Shown: in pieces, positions 40,504 through 54,670 of the stretch
Numbering within the stretch: the first letter of the stretch is position 1
Layout of the letters: the number at the start of each line of letters is the position of its first letter
Assembly (NCBI GenBank): GCA_038496445.1
Contig: JALMLS010000165.1
Span: 1 to 64,000, forward strand
Length of the DNA stretch: 64,000 bases
Reading direction: 5' to 3'
Source of the DNA: Trichosphaerium sp. ATCC 40318
Lineage: Eukaryota > Protista > Tubulinea
Notes under the pieces: model-generated
Database searches by the model: none
What the model was told of the DNA's origin: nothing
What the model saw: only the letters and a program-made list of their open reading frames with translations
Made by a program: the position numbers and the translations under genes

Positions 40504-43055
40504 ATGCATCAACGATTAGTGCTTCTTGCGTTATTGGTGTTTGTTTCATTTTGCGGAGCCCAGAACTCCATTCCTGATGAAGATTGGGATTATGTAACAG
40601 TCCGACAGAGCGCTCATATGTTCTGGTACGAATTCTAAAGCATACTTACGTAGTAATCGGCGTTAGGTGGTTATATGGTAGCGATGACGCTTCAACACGC
40701 ACACAAAAGCCTCTTGTACTTTGGTAAGCACTTATTGTTCAAATTCCCTTCAAAAACTATCTGAAAGATTCTACGCACTGGTGCTCATTTCTTTTAGGCT
40801 CCAAGGCGGTCCGGGCGGTAGTAGTACAGGTAAACCACACCAGAAATTCCATTTTGCTTAAAACCAACTAGGATTCGGTAACTTCCTTGAAATTGGCCCT
40901 TTGAACTCTGGTACGCTTTTAATTCCCAACCTGAGGACTTTCCTCGCTTACAATCGTATTAGACCTTCAACCTCGCAAATACTCTTGGACTAAGCTGTAC
41001 GACTTAGAAGAAGCCGTTTTTATCATTCTCGCTTCATTTTAACGGTTTGACATTTAATTTCAGTGCAAATCTCCTCTTCGTCGATAATCCAGTCGGAACA
41101 GGTTACTCTTACGTAACTGATGACAAGTACGCAACAATTTTCGTGCTAGAACGTTCTCTAAGACATTGAAAATTAGAACGATTTTTTTTTTAACTTTTTG
41201 AACTATTTAGCGCCTACACTGTCAATGAGGCTCAAATTGCAGAAGATCTTTTGACATTACTCAAAGCATTCCTTAACAAATATCCTGATTTTCAAACGAC
41301 ACCATTCTATATATTCTCTGAGTCATACGGTATGTTACATTAAATACTTTTTTCAGAAATTTGTTTTTTGGGTTTTTTTTTTGTCACGTGACATGATATT
41401 TGTGTTTTTCCAAAATGACGCGAATGGATAGGGTTGCCTATTTGGTATTTTTTCATTATTTTTGTCAATCATGAGCAACAGTGCCTTTAGAAATTGATAC
41501 TACTAGAGTAGTTGTTTTTTAGTCTTTTCTTTTTTTCTTATCTTATGCTTTTACTAGGTGGTAAGATGGCTGCTTCTTTCGCTAAGAGACTTCATATTGC
41601 TATTAAAGATGGTGAGATAAAATCAAACTTAGCAGGTGTAAGTCATAGGGGATTGATCCACCAAACACTATTTTTTGTACTCAATATTTCGTTCCTACTA
41701 ACAAAGCATTGTTTAGGTAGCAATGGGTGACTCATGGATTCGTCCAATATCTTTTGTTAACACATGGGGTGAATATTTGTTACAAACTGCATCAACTGAC
41801 CAAAAGGGATACAACGCTGTAAGTACAGTGCTAAATTTATTCACAAAAAAGAATGCATTTTAATGGCTCTTAACCACGACCTTACGAACTTTTAGATCCA
41901 AAAATCGGCTGCCATATGCGCTGATGCTGTTAAAAGAAAAGACTGGGCTAATGCCACAAACCTTTGGGGTAACGTCGAGCAAGTAGTAGAAAACGTACTA
42001 AAGATTTTCGCTTTCAATCCAAAAAAAAAGACAAATTTTGATAAAAGGCTTTAAATTTCATCATTCTACAAATCTATATCTCTTTGTTTCTGTTAGAATA
42101 TCTTTATATATGTAATGCTAATTGTTACTTTTGTAGGAGTCAAACGGTGTCAGCTTTTACAATATTTTGGAAGCAAGAACAATGCCTAAAGAAAATAAAA
42201 AAACACTCAGCCCTATTGAAGCACTCAAGGCTCGTCATAATACTCCATTGAACTCAGAAGCAGATTTACCAATAATCATGAATGGTAAAATTCGTGCAAA
42301 GCTCGGTACGCTCTATTTTTTAACATCATAAAAGACTAGTAAAGATTTATAACTTTTTCTAAATCCGCAATGGTTTTCTAGCTTCTTATGTTTTGTAGGT
42401 ATCATTCCTAAAAATGTTACCTGGGGTGCTCAATCTGGTAAAGTTTTCGAGAAATTATCAGTAGATTTTATGCAAGAGGTTGTTGATACAGTAGATTATC
42501 TCTTACAAGCAGGTAAGCTCTTTGCTAAGGAAGTAACAAGTCTTTTTATCTCCATGTCAGCTGCTTATTTATAAATCGCTCTAGATGACCTTAAAGTTGT
42601 TGTATACTCTGGAAACCTAGATTTAATATGTTGTACAACTGGTACAATGGACTGGTACGTGTTTTATACCTTGTGTGTTGCATTGATTAAGCATTGCAAA
42701 AGAAGTCAAACAAAATCTGTTTTTTCGATCATTGTTTTCTTTATTTATCAGCAAGTACTTATTCCTTTTATAGGTTGGAGAGATTAAATTGGGAGGGATA
42801 TAATACGGTTGCTTCTATGGATCGTAAACCATTTGCAAAATATGGAGGAAGTAACGAAATTGGCGGATTTTATAAAACATATAAGACATTTTCTTTTTAC
42901 AGCATTATCGCTGCTGGACATATGGTACACCCTGCGTCCCTTCTTTCACTTTTGGATAACAAGTGACATTTTTCTTATTTCTTTTTCACTTTTAGGTACC
43001 TGCTGATCAACCAGAAGCAGCTCTATCATTACTTCAATCTGTAATCGAGTCATGA
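40504..43055 (+). CDS. SCPEP1: Serine carboxypeptidase S10, SCPEP1/RISC-like
   Basis: WDYVTVRQSAHMFWW, WLQGGPGGSS, FVDNPVGTGYSY, SESYGGK, AGHMVPADQP. Confidence 0.9.
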
Positions 43056-43197
43056 ACATAAAAACCTTTTTTGTTCAAAGAAGTCGCTTTTAACCTCTTT
43101 ACACTACTTTGAATAAATAGTTTAATTTTCTAATACCCTGCGTATTTATATATCAGTACACTAGCTTCAACTGTTTACACTATTTATTTGATGATTA

Positions 43198-43668
43198 TCA
43201 GCGTATACGCTTTAATTCAGCAGTTAGAACATTCTCACCAGCAACACTTGCAAAAATACCATCATCTTCACCATCACGTGGTTGAACCCATTGAACTAGT
43301 GTATTCGTATCATCAACTAGTTCATATCCTTCTGTATCTTCATAAAAATGTTCCTCAGATGACTCCTCAACATCACTATCACTCTTACTTCCTGAGTTTT
43401 CGCAAAGTCTTTTTTCCTTTGGAAACTTGTAAGGTACAGGCTTGAATCCTTGCGCTAGCTCGATTGCGTTCATTTTAGAAGATGCTATACCAATAATCGT
43501 TGCGTTTGCGTTAGATGGAAGATAACTATCATGAAATCTATCAGATCCAGTCCCTTGACATACTTCTCTATGCCAAACAATCCATGCGCCTATAAGTGGC
43601 TCGGTTTTTCTTTTTTTTGGAACAGAGTCTACTGTTAAATCAATAACTGCTTTCCTCTTTCTGCTCAT
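43198..43668 (-). CDS. Hypothetical intronless nuclear protein, 156 aa
   Basis: Clean ORF with an ATG start; RKRK/PKKRK NLS-like motifs flanking VIDLT; acidic patch. Confidence 0.7.
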   Translation of the reverse strand: MSRKRKAVIDLTVDSVPKKRKTEPLIGAWIVWHREVCQGTGSDRFHDSYLPSNANATIIGIASSKMNAIELAQGFKPVPYKFPKEKRLCENSGSKSDSDVEESSEEHFYEDTEGYELVDDTNTLVQWVQPRDGEDDGIFASVAGENVLTAELKRIR

Positions 43669-43881
43669 AAACGCTACGAAGTTATGGAGACTCTGCTTTT
43701 AGGTTGTTTTGCTTCGAAGAATTAAAGACTTATAATGGCTTAACTTGGCTTGACGTACGCGCACGTGGATAAAATAATACGACGATAAAAATAGAGTACA
43801 CGTATAAGATAAAAGCGAGAAAATAACGGTGATGCAATGTAGTAGATGCACATGTGACTTAAGCATTTTATTGAGAATAGT

Positions 43882-45342
43882 CTAAAACATCAATAAAGTA
43901 CTTGAATAAAAGAATGGTTTAAAAAATTGAGATAAATGCCTCATAAATTGTCTCTGTACAATTGTTCGAAAGAGAAAAAAGCCTATACCAGCATACATAC
44001 TCCCTGAACTATAAAGTACACCAATATCATTAAATAATGATCCTGTCATCAAACTAGAGGCTTGTGCTGTACCTACCACTCAAAGTTAGAACTAAAAGAG
44101 GCAGGAAGAAGAGGAAGATAAGGAGAAAAAAAGAAGAAAAAAAGAAGAAGTACCGATTAGCATTTGTCTTCTACTAAGGACGTATAAAGGGTATGTGATT
44201 AAAGGACCTGTAATAAATACTATAGATCCAGCTACTAAACTACCAAGGGGTGATATGTGTTTCTTAATTTTTTTGGAACATTTTTCTACCATTTCGCTCC
44301 ATTTTGAGTCAAGCAGTTTTGCTTGTTCTTTTAGGGTTTCTTTATCTGTCTTTTCTTTATTTTCTTCCTCTTCTACATTATCTTCATCTAATTCATTATC
44401 TTCACTAGTGTTATTATCGATATTCTCATCATTAGAGCTATTCTCTTCTTCGTCATCTTGAATAGGTTCAATAGAAATAGCCGGTACGCTATCTTCTTTC
44501 CAATAGTCGTAGAACACTAACCAACACTCTTTTGCCACTTTGAACATTGGTTTAAAACACTCCCATGCGATAGAATGAATACCAAATGTAACAACAGAAT
44601 GTAGAATTACACTTACTAGACCCTACAAACAAGAGATTAAAAAAAAAAAAAAAAAAAAAGAGCAACCAAAGTAAGAAAGTTATTTTAAGAACGCCACACG
44701 TGATTGGCTCCCTGGTTTTTTTAAACTCTCTACGAGTAATTTTTTTGCGTATCTTTTCATAGTAAATACATAGCAAATGAGGGATTAAATGATCCAGGAG
44801 AATCGTTAAACTTTTGTTCAACAAAAAAAAAAAGTCACTATTTAAACATACTGTATTAGCAGCCCAAAGACCTTCTTGGTACACTTCTTTTGATATTGCA
44901 GCAACCGATCCCCATTTCATATTCTCAGGTATCATTGGTCTTGTTACAGCACGAACATATATTTTTGTCAAAGGAAATGTGACAACGGATGCAATTCCTG
45001 TCACAACAATTTCATACGACCAACGACTCCACCACCCCTATACATATATTAATAAGACGCCCTAATAATAACACCATAGAATAGGGTATGATATAGGCTT
45101 CCTATTGTGGTACTAAACGCACCTGAAATCGCTCTATGAACTGTACAATTTTATTGCTAAGTTCTTGAACAAAAGATGGCATTTCCTTTGGAAGCTCCAT
45201 TAGTCTCAAGTTTTTACCTCTACAAAGCGTCAATATTTACTTTACAACCAATTTAGCCTGTTTTGCGCGTTTTAGACGCTCTGAAAGATACCTTTTTGAG
45301 AAATGGTCGTAAATGCTTGGCAACTCGATTTTCGGTATCCAT
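43882..45342 (-). CDS. Degenerate mitochondrial carrier-like protein (MTCH/SLC25A46-like)
   Basis: Degenerate carrier signatures FPLTKIYVR and YPLYVLSRRQM, EGLWA, LYSSG; acidic loop; multi-exon. Confidence 0.55.
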
Positions 45343-45574
45343 AACATTATGAGTTGCTTTACAGAGAAGAATGAAACTATTGAAACGCCATACAAGCATA
45401 ATACCTAAATGAGTTTACATTGTGATTTTGAATATATTTGTAGTGATTACGCCTAGTTTTAAGCGTAGGGCGACATGTATAAAATAATTTGACCACGGTG
45501 ACGCGCTATAAAGTACGATTTGTCGCGTATTGATAATTACTTACGTCTGGGGCACAAAATAACATCCATACGTC

Positions 45575-45850
45575 ACTAGGCACAACAACTCCAGTAATCG
45601 AACCTGTAAACACTCAGATCATGATTGTTATAGCGTTGGCGTTATCGTACGAGTGTAATACCATCGACATTGTACATCCCAAGCAGCGGAGCCTGTAACA
45701 TAGTCAAAAATTGGATTTTCCTCGTAATAATATGATATTGTCACCTATAAGCGCAATATATGATGCTAATGGAGACAAAGGCGTAGAAAACTTCCAAGGC
45801 TGAAAAAGCCTCATAGGGTCGTCATCGTCGCTATCGTAGTCGTCAGCCAT
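45575..45850 (-). CDS. Small spliced hypothetical gene (MADDYDSDDDPMRLFQPW...)
   Basis: ATG at 45850 and two plausible GT-AG introns; downstream frame uncertain. Confidence 0.35.
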
Positions 45851-45958
45851 GAGCTATGTAAGTCTCCAATCACTTTTGACAAGAAAGGCACATCAAATCA
45901 AGAAAAAAAGTCAATTCCTTTCGTGTCGTTGAAACACAACGCCAAGTTATTTTTAGCA

Positions 45959-46288
45959 ATGGGAGCTATTCTTACTGCAGGAGCGTATTCAGCTGGAGGA
46001 ATGAGGACTTATAGGTTCGCTTTTGAAGGAGACGATAAAACAAAATCAAACGGCACTGTTTCGCGTTGTTTCACAGAGGGGTTTGCTAGAAGAGTAGAAA
46101 CAGGAACATTCGAAATAGTAGAGAGTTTTATTGTTTGCACTTTTACGCGTTGGAAACACTACGGAGCGTATGGTGGAGAGGTTGATGGTATTATAGAGAA
46201 CCCAGTGGTTAAAAAATGTTCTTTTGACCTTAAAGAAAACGCTATCACTGTAGATGGAGTTGTATTCAAAGGTCCAAAGCAATCATAG
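45959..46288 (+). CDS. Hypothetical intronless protein (~109 aa, MG start)
   Basis: Open frame with ordinary codon usage; no recognised domain. Confidence 0.55.
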   Translation: MGAILTAGAYSAGGMRTYRFAFEGDDKTKSNGTVSRCFTEGFARRVETGTFEIVESFIVCTFTRWKHYGAYGGEVDGIIENPVVKKCSFDLKENAITVDGVVFKGPKQS

Positions 46289-46898
46289 CCTGTGCAAACA
46301 CATACAAAATCGCAACTTGTAAAAATAAAAAAACTAAAACTAGCAACATTATTCTTTCAGCTCTTACGTTCTATGCGTGCGTGTATACTAATTTCTAAGC
46401 AATACCAAGTCTTGAATTGATGCTTAACCATTTCATGGGTAATGGAGTAGCAGGTATAAGTTATGTTCACGTGGAGGGGCAAGTTTTTCTGCCTACTGCT
46501 AACTTTTTTTATGGCATTGCCGTTACAAAACGTACACAAGCGTTGGAACTACTACGTTTTTGCTAAATAGGTTTGAGGCCCGAAATACTATAGTTGTTAT
46601 AGCTGACAGGCCAACATAAAAGCCGAGCAACAAACTCCGTTTATCATGTGATTCAAGTTTAGGATAGAGCACCTCTAATTATTTCTGTGGCTCCTTGGAG
46701 CTTAACTGTTTACACGTGGTTCCACATGACGATTCCTAGTTCCTATGATGTATTCTCAACGTATAGTCAAGCTAGTTGGTTACAGCTAATACGAGGAAGT
46801 CCGAGCTATGCTTCGCTTAGTTGTTATCTATGGAGGCTCACACCCGAAACTTTTGACTTAAGTTATTGCTTGTGCAGTATTATTGTAACTATTCAACC

Positions 46899-49800
46899 AT
46901 GGCAACGTGTCGTAATACTTTGTATATGATACTATGCCTCTGTTTTTTTGTATCCGGCTGTGTTTCCCTCCGAAATATTACAGTCGGTATGTCCACGTGG
47001 ATTTTTTTTTTTCTGTTTTAGTAGATGATTTCTTTACTTTTTATGTAGCTGTTGTCTTTAGTTGGACGCCGGAAAAAAACTTTGAATTCGTCTCTGAAAT
47101 GCGGTACAGTTTTTTTTGTTTACCTTGAGAATCAAAGTTCGCTAAAAAGCCACTTCTAAAGATAGACTTTTCTCGCTCTTAGTATACTTATTTCTAATTT
47201 TGGTTGTAGCATACTGTTTAATTACTTTGAAAACTGGATGATAAATAGTAATAAACTCATTGATATAAATGGAGAAAAGGTTGGACTACGATTTATGTGC
47301 GGCATTGTTTTTTTTTCCAAAAAGTCAAAAAAGAGCTTTTCCCTTTTTTGAGCTTACGTTGTTGACCATTTATAGGATATACAAAAACGGATATGATAAT
47401 CAAACTCTCATTAACGAACTTTATACAGAATTATTAGATGATCCTTCAGTGTCATTCATAATTGGTCCAAAGTCTTCTCAAACTGCAGATATTTTAACAA
47501 TGACAGAAAAACGAGGACGATTTTTAGGTACTTTTAACCGGTGTTTGTGCCACTATTCTTTCTGAGTGTTGCTTAGTGAGCGTTGGAAACTCAGTAAATG
47601 CAGTTTTTGCTGGTAGTACTCGTGCATTATCCGTAGGAGCTGCAGCAGAAAACTCTTTCCTTACATCTCTACCCTCTTTACGTGTTGCTGGTATTAAGAC
47701 CATTTCAATTTTTACTGGAGAAAAACATGATTTCCTGGCTGATAGGTAATAACACTTCAGCTTATCTGAGCGTCTCTTTGTGACCTAATATCCTATTAGA
47801 TGTAGATCTAAGATATTCAGAAACGAGCTAGATATCCAAGGATTCAAAATTAAAGGAGACTATACACTCTCAAAACGCACGTGCTTTTAATCAATATGTT
47901 TGTTTTATTCAAATAATGTTTAGTACCCATTTCTCCGTATCTCTATTTCAGAAAGCCTTTCTCTGAACTCCCCAAAGAATTTCGTGACAATGTCACCGAA
48001 ACCACTCGTCTAGCAATTGAGACTGACTCTGATGCTTGGTACACATAACTTTATATTATATTTATATTGACATTCTAGGATTGTTTGTACTGCAGCTATT
48101 GATACTATTGGTTTAATTATGAACACAACACGTGAATTAGATTACACTCCAAGATATATGACAGGTCCAGAGTATTCTCCACTCTATCATGATCTTTTTG
48201 ATAATGATTTATGGCAATACGTATCAACAAATGCTCAGTACCATACTTCTATGGCTTTTCCAGCGACGAGAGAACTTGGAACATGGCAGTCTTTCACAGC
48301 CGCTGTAACAGAGCTAAACGGTGGTAAGGCACTTGATTTCCAAACTCCTTACTATGCTGCATTATTTGTTATGTATAAACAAGCTATTGAGAACGCAATT
48401 GCAACGTATGGTTCTTCAGTTGTGGTTAGTCCTTTTTTATTATGTGTTTTAATATGTTGAGTTCTAACTCTTTTTTTCCCTATCAGCTTGATGAAAACTC
48501 CAAGATTCAACTCTCCGGTGTTAACACTACACTTGGTAGTTGTGGTGATACTAAAGTAAGCGTTTTGGCTAGCAGTAGAGATGGTAACAATTTTTTTAGA
48601 TTGACGATGTTGTATACAACTATTTGTTTCGTTTAAAAGTTGCAACAGTCTCTGGTCAGTATTCATGGAATTCTAATTCTGTACAACAACGTGATTGGTT
48701 ACATATCCAAATACAAAAGAAAGGAGAAGGGACGTTAATAGGTACACTTTGAAACAACCTATGCTCGCAGCACTCTTTTTTCTTACTTTTCTTTCACTAT
48801 TACTGTTTGTTTTGTTTCTTGCTCACTACCGTTTTCTAGGACCACAACAAACTAAAGAAAGCGATTTAATCTATCCTATGCCTAAATGGCATGAGCGTAT
48901 TTTCAAAGTAGAGTATGGTACTAACAAATACAATCCAAAAAAAAAAAGGTTTGTTGCTGATTTTTTCTGTCTATTAAGGTCACTGGTCCGAGATTCTTGT
49001 TACTGTAGTTGCCATTGGTTTGTTTACCATAAACATTGGTTGGGCTATTTTCTTGACGTTGAACTTAAAAGATAAGAAAGTCAAGGCACGTGCCACAGAC
49101 TTCTACGTCCACTGTTGCACTTTTTTTTTTGACGTTTGTTAGGCTTCTTCTCCTCTATTTATGGGTCTCATGCTTATCGGAAGTTCAATACTATACGCTT
49201 CTGTATTTGCAATAATGCCTAATCTTGTATCAACAACTACGTGTACTATAATGCCATGGCTTGTTGATCTTGGTTTCATCCTTCTCTTTGGGTATGTCTT
49301 TTTGTTTTTTTGAGTTCTTTTTGTCTCACTTATATAGACCGCTGCTTGCAAAGACTTTACGGATAGATAGATTATTTAGTAACAAGACACCTACAGTATT
49401 TTTAATAAGTGATAAAGTTGTGATGATTTGGGTTGCATTGCTTGTTTTTGCTCAAGTTAGTTTATTGGCTATTCTGGTACAACTCTACTATTGACTTGTT
49501 GAGCTAATCCAACTTTTCTATAGACCGCTGTGGGTAAACCTGAAACTACTATGATTGTAATAGACGCTATTAGAGTTTATCAAAACTACTGGAGTTGCTC
49601 AGCACAGTCAGGATACACAATTATTTTGTATGTCATTTGTGCTGCAAATGTACGTTTCATTACATGTCAACATGTGTCTCTACCTGGCAGTTTTTGTTCT
49701 ATGTAGTAAAATCTAATTACGTGTAGGGATTGATATTACTTGTTTGTAGTATTGTAGCATTCAGAGTGAGGTTGATTCCAATTAAGAAGTTCAATGAGTC

Positions 49801-50218
49801 AAAGATTATCTTCTTTACTGTTTACAATGTTACTTTCTTTGCGCTCCTTAGTTTTGCTCTTGCAGTATCTTCAATTGATAGATTCACAAGATTCGTACTT
49901 GTATCAATGTTCATATTGGTTGGATCAGGCACGTGACCAAAATTAATCAACTGTCAATATCAGTTCGTTTCAAATTGACATGAAGCTGATTTCTCGTCTA
50001 CAGCCATAACTGTCAATTCTATATTTATACATAAGACACGCCTTGGAGAGTTTATGGATACAGTTGGAACCACAGCTAGGAATTCGACCATGAGCTTTAG
50101 GTACCTTATACATTTTTTTCATAGTATACTTATGTGAATTAGCGATCACAGCGCTATGCCTGCTGCAAGTAGTGTAAACCAGACAATGAACAATCATGTA
50201 ACGCAGCCTATACCTTAG
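46899..50218 (+). CDS. Class C (GABA-B/Grl-like) GPCR with Venus-flytrap-type ectodomain
   Basis: Signal peptide; IIGPKSS ectodomain motif; 7TM motifs KASSPLF, LLAKTLRIDRLF, KKFNESKIIFF, IFIHK. Confidence 0.88.
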
Positions 50219-50403
50219 ACTGAATATATCTTGTATAATTACAAACCAATCTGGTTTGATTTAATTGACTGTTAGTTTTGTTTTAGTCGAATATTCTACT
50301 TCAGCTAAACACCTTGTTGGTTATGTACAGTTGGAAATGATTTTCATAGCTGTGTTTTAGACTTCCTAGTGGTCGTAATAGGTGTAGTTAATGGATGTGC
50401 GAT

Positions 50404-53400
50404 GAATGTTTTATTGTTTAATGTTGTGTGAAGTTGACCTTGTATTCACAAAGTTTTATCATTTTATTGTGTTTGACATTGTAAATATTTACACCATGTT
50501 CACGTATCTTGTAGATTTTCTCATTTTCTGTTTTGATTTCATTTTTTTGTAAGCTACCACAATATACATTGCAACAATATCCTTTGTAAACAACAGTAAG
50601 AAACAAAGAAACTTAAAAGTTTAAAAAAAAACTTGAAAAAAACCAATTCCTCACCACAATAAGCTCCAGCGCAGCTATGATCAAACAGTATATCCACTGC
50701 TTCCAGTCTATAGAACAATTGAGAATAAATTAAAAATATGTAAACTCACCGAGAGACACTACTTGAAGTGCTTTGCTGCCAAATTGAATAATAATAGCTT
50801 GTAAAATAGCAACTGTTGTAAATGCAAAAACAATCTTCCAGTTATCATAAAATCGAATCAAAACATTATCTAAAATACCCTGAGTAAGTACAGCAACATA
50901 TTGAGTGGATACAAATACCTGGAACAAGGCGTTTGGCATTGAACATGTTAAACAATTGACAGAATACAATAAAGTTAAATACAAGAGTTGAATTCAACTC
51001 TTTCTCTTTCAGCGACTCTTTTTCAATGTCATTGTAAATCCAAGGAAGTGCTGATGAGCCCCAAAACAATGTAAAGTACGTGAAAAATACTTGATAGATT
51101 GTATGGAACCCAATAAAAATCCACATGCTACAACAGAATGGTAAGCACTTTTCTTCTTTTTTTTTTTGAATTTGAAAACAAAATACCTGAAAGTGAATAA
51201 CTTTGGTTTAAACTTTGACAGTTTCTTTGGCGCTTTTTCGGACGCAAAACCCATGGCTGCTAATGAATTTATACCCAATAGTATCCATAATAAGTGAATA
51301 GCTTTTAAAGGACTTAAACCTTGCCCTAAAGAGCCCAACATCACCAAGACACCACAAACAAGATACACTGTAAAAGAAGAAAAAAGTCAGAAAAAAACAA
51401 GATTAATCGTGATCTGAAGCCAGAAACAACATTAATACTTATACATACCTGTGACCTCGTATTGCGTAATCTTGGATATAGAATCATAAACATTATGTGA
51501 AAAGATCATGGCACGTGTAAATGAGTTAAAGTCAGTGATATACATATCACTGGCTTCTCTTGCCGTAGCTGAACTGTTCATTGTCATACAAACGCCAACA
51601 TCTGAAGTATACAGCATTGGCGCATCATTAGTACCGTCTCCTAAACATGCAACAATATGACGATTTTTTCTGAGATTTGCAACATAACGATCCTTGGTTC
51701 TAGGAGTAGCTCTACAGATGACTTGAAAATCTTTTGATTTTTGTTCACTTTCTTCAAGGTTGTCATAATCTCTCCCTTAAAATACTATTAGAGACATAGA
51801 TCAATGTATCTTAGAGTTTGTTGGCTACCTTGGATTATTTCTCCGTCTGTGAGAATACCACATTCTGTAGCAATAACTTTTGCAGTAATCTGGTTATCAC
51901 CTGTAACCATTGTAACATCTATGCCTGCACCAATCCACTCTTCTATATTCTAAGTATATCAATGAGTTAGCAGATATTATCGTCTTTGATGAATAAAGTG
52001 TGCCTCTGTAGCAGTTGGTCTTAGAGAGTCTGCAAACCCAAAAATCCCAAGGTGAACTAATCCATTACAAATACCATAAATTTCTGATGCCGAAGTTCCT
52101 GAACCTATAACTTTGCCAATATTGCTTGTGGCTGGAATATCTTTGAATCCAATAGCTATTGCCCTTAAACCTTCAGCGTACTAATAAGGTGTCAGGTTTG
52201 AAGACAAAGACAAAGAGTAATAGAACAAACTTACCTCATCTAATTTCTTTTCAACTTTTTCTTTGTACTTATCACTAATACCAACACAAACGATAGTATC
52301 GTGTTTAGTCTTTGATTTTACCATTTTCGTGCTTAATTTCATGACGCTATCTGGAGAACCTTTGCAGTACAACCGATATCCATTAACCGTCTTAACAATG
52401 ACACTTTCGTATTTTTTCATGCTAGAAAAAAAAAGACTCAACAAAGTTGTCACAAGAGAGAGACCATGTCGTACCGGGAAAATGGGATTTTGTCTACAAC
52501 TACAGCTTCACCTCTTATATTTTCATAGTCAAAACCTAGCGATTGGATATGTAATAACAAACCACAATCAGTATTAACTCCATGGTACTCAGTTTGTCCA
52601 TTTGGTAGAAAGGTTATATAGCCATCACAAGTAACAGCGACGCATTCTGCTATGTATGACATGATTGATTTCTTCCTTTCATCCGGAAGGGTATCTTTGG
52701 TATAAGATCCTGCCAAGTACGTCTTGCGTACAATCATTTGATTGTGTGTGAGGGTTCCTGTTTTATCAGCAACAATCTTTGTTATTTGGGCTAAATCTTT
52801 GAAACTCATAAAGTTACTTATTAGTACAGTTGGAGGCAACTTTGCTATGTTTGCCGCCAATACTAAAGCCACTGCTGAATAAATACCTAATCATCATCAG
52901 TTAGTTATTCTTAGGTATGTATTGCATGTATAAATTATTGTGCAACAAGGGTGGGTACCTTCTGGGAGAGTGACAACGATGATTGTTAAAAAAAATATGA
53001 AAAAATTTGAAATTGTAACCAAATCTGCGTTCCGCCATAGGTCGTTATTAGTACTGTACTTTACTACGGACCATCTAGGTATAACATAAGTAAATCTATG
53101 TGGTTAATTGCAGTTGTAATTACCGTATGAGCAGACATGTAATCGCAACAATAGCTACAACGATTCCGAATTTGTACGTATACACTGGTAGTGCAGTTAA
53201 GGTTGGACTCAGTTCAGTATCGTTAGGGTCAAGGTTCTCTTCTATCGAATCGAGTAACGCTGCCCTCCTTGTATTTGAACCTACAGCTACTACGAGCACC
53301 GATCCATAGCCATTGAAAACGTTGCACCCATGGAAAGCTATAGGTGAAGAATCACCTTTTCGTACAGGACTAGGCTCTCCTGTCATTGCGCTTTCATCAC

Positions 53401-54670
53401 AATACATATCATTTGAGGATAGGACCACTCCATCTACGCACATGGTTATTATACAGAAAAGACACTGGGCCACTTTACCAACAGGAATTTTATCACCTCC
53501 ATTAAGAAGCAGAACATCTCCTACAAGAAGGCTTTCCTCGTCTATCAGTTTTTTGCTTCCACCTCGCATTACTGTGTATCGACTTGTGTTAAGACGTGTT
53601 GTTGGGATCTTCTGGCACTTTAAGGCGGTCATATAACGTGATATAGTATTCGCCAACAAGATAAGAATAGCTACAACAAACAGTTACCAAAGGTTCAAAA
53701 AAAACACAAAAAACACAAAAAAAATCTCAAAAATGGTACAAAAAAAATCACGTGCCAACAAATAAAATTACGGCACTTTCCATCCAATCTGTGCGTTTAT
53801 TTTCACCGAATATTAACGCGACAATCTATTAGTGTGTCAGGTAATTTATTAAAAATGGCCATCTACTCCGTACGCTTGAAGCGGCACAAACCAGAGCAAG
53901 AATTATCTAAACAGAATAAAACAGGGCGTCAATGAGGCTACAACGCACCAAACACACGTCAAAATGCACTTTACAAATAAAATTAATAAAAGAAGGCCTT
54001 GGAGGTGGTTTTGGAATGTTCTCACCGTATCTAGTGGAGTTACAGAAAACGTGTTATTTTTACCAATAAAAAAAAATAAAAAGATACGTTTTACGCCTTT
54101 CGTCGTAATCAGGGCCTTCACTATCAGGTAAACCGTTTAATGGATCAGTTTTCAAAAGCTCCGCTAGTTTCTTAGCTCCACCTAGTTTTTCGAGGGTGTT
54201 ATCGCCTAAACAAGTTATAAAAACGTTCCGTATTAGTACAATAACCGTACTGATGTTGTTCGTAACTAGATCGCATAACTGCTTTGCTGTTAATTCAAAC
54301 CCCTCATTGAGGGTCACGAGAGGCTCCATGAAATCGTGATATAAACGAATAACCGACTAAGGTTAAGTCATTAGCCGTACAGTCTTTTTGCAGATTGTGT
54401 CGTAAAATTATAAGGGAATGGTTATTTTTAGGCATTCAGCTAACAAGTAAGAAAAACAATTTCAGAAAAAAATAACTGCAAATACTATAGTATAAAATAA
54501 CTATTACTATATTCTTGGGAGTCAACTCCGCATTGGAGCGGGTGTAGTTCAATGGAAATGGCCTTCGTGTCAGTCACCTTTAGCGAAAAAACAATTAAAG
54601 TAGATTGATTTTTTTGTGTATTTCCTTTCCATAAAACAAAAAAAACAACTAGTTTCAGTTGTACTACTTT
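50404..54670. repeat. Inverted segmental duplication, right arm
   Basis: Reverse complement of 29130-33650. Confidence 0.95.
50489..54329 (-). CDS. Divergent P2B (PMCA-like) P-type ATPase, copy 2
   Basis: Inverted paralog of 29742-33567 with the same exon structure, including GC donors at 53755 and 52003. Confidence 0.9.

Noticed and set aside
47290-47310. Apparent GC donor (gcattg) in the GPCR gene
   Set aside because: An upstream GT donor (AT|gtgcgg) gives the correct frame.
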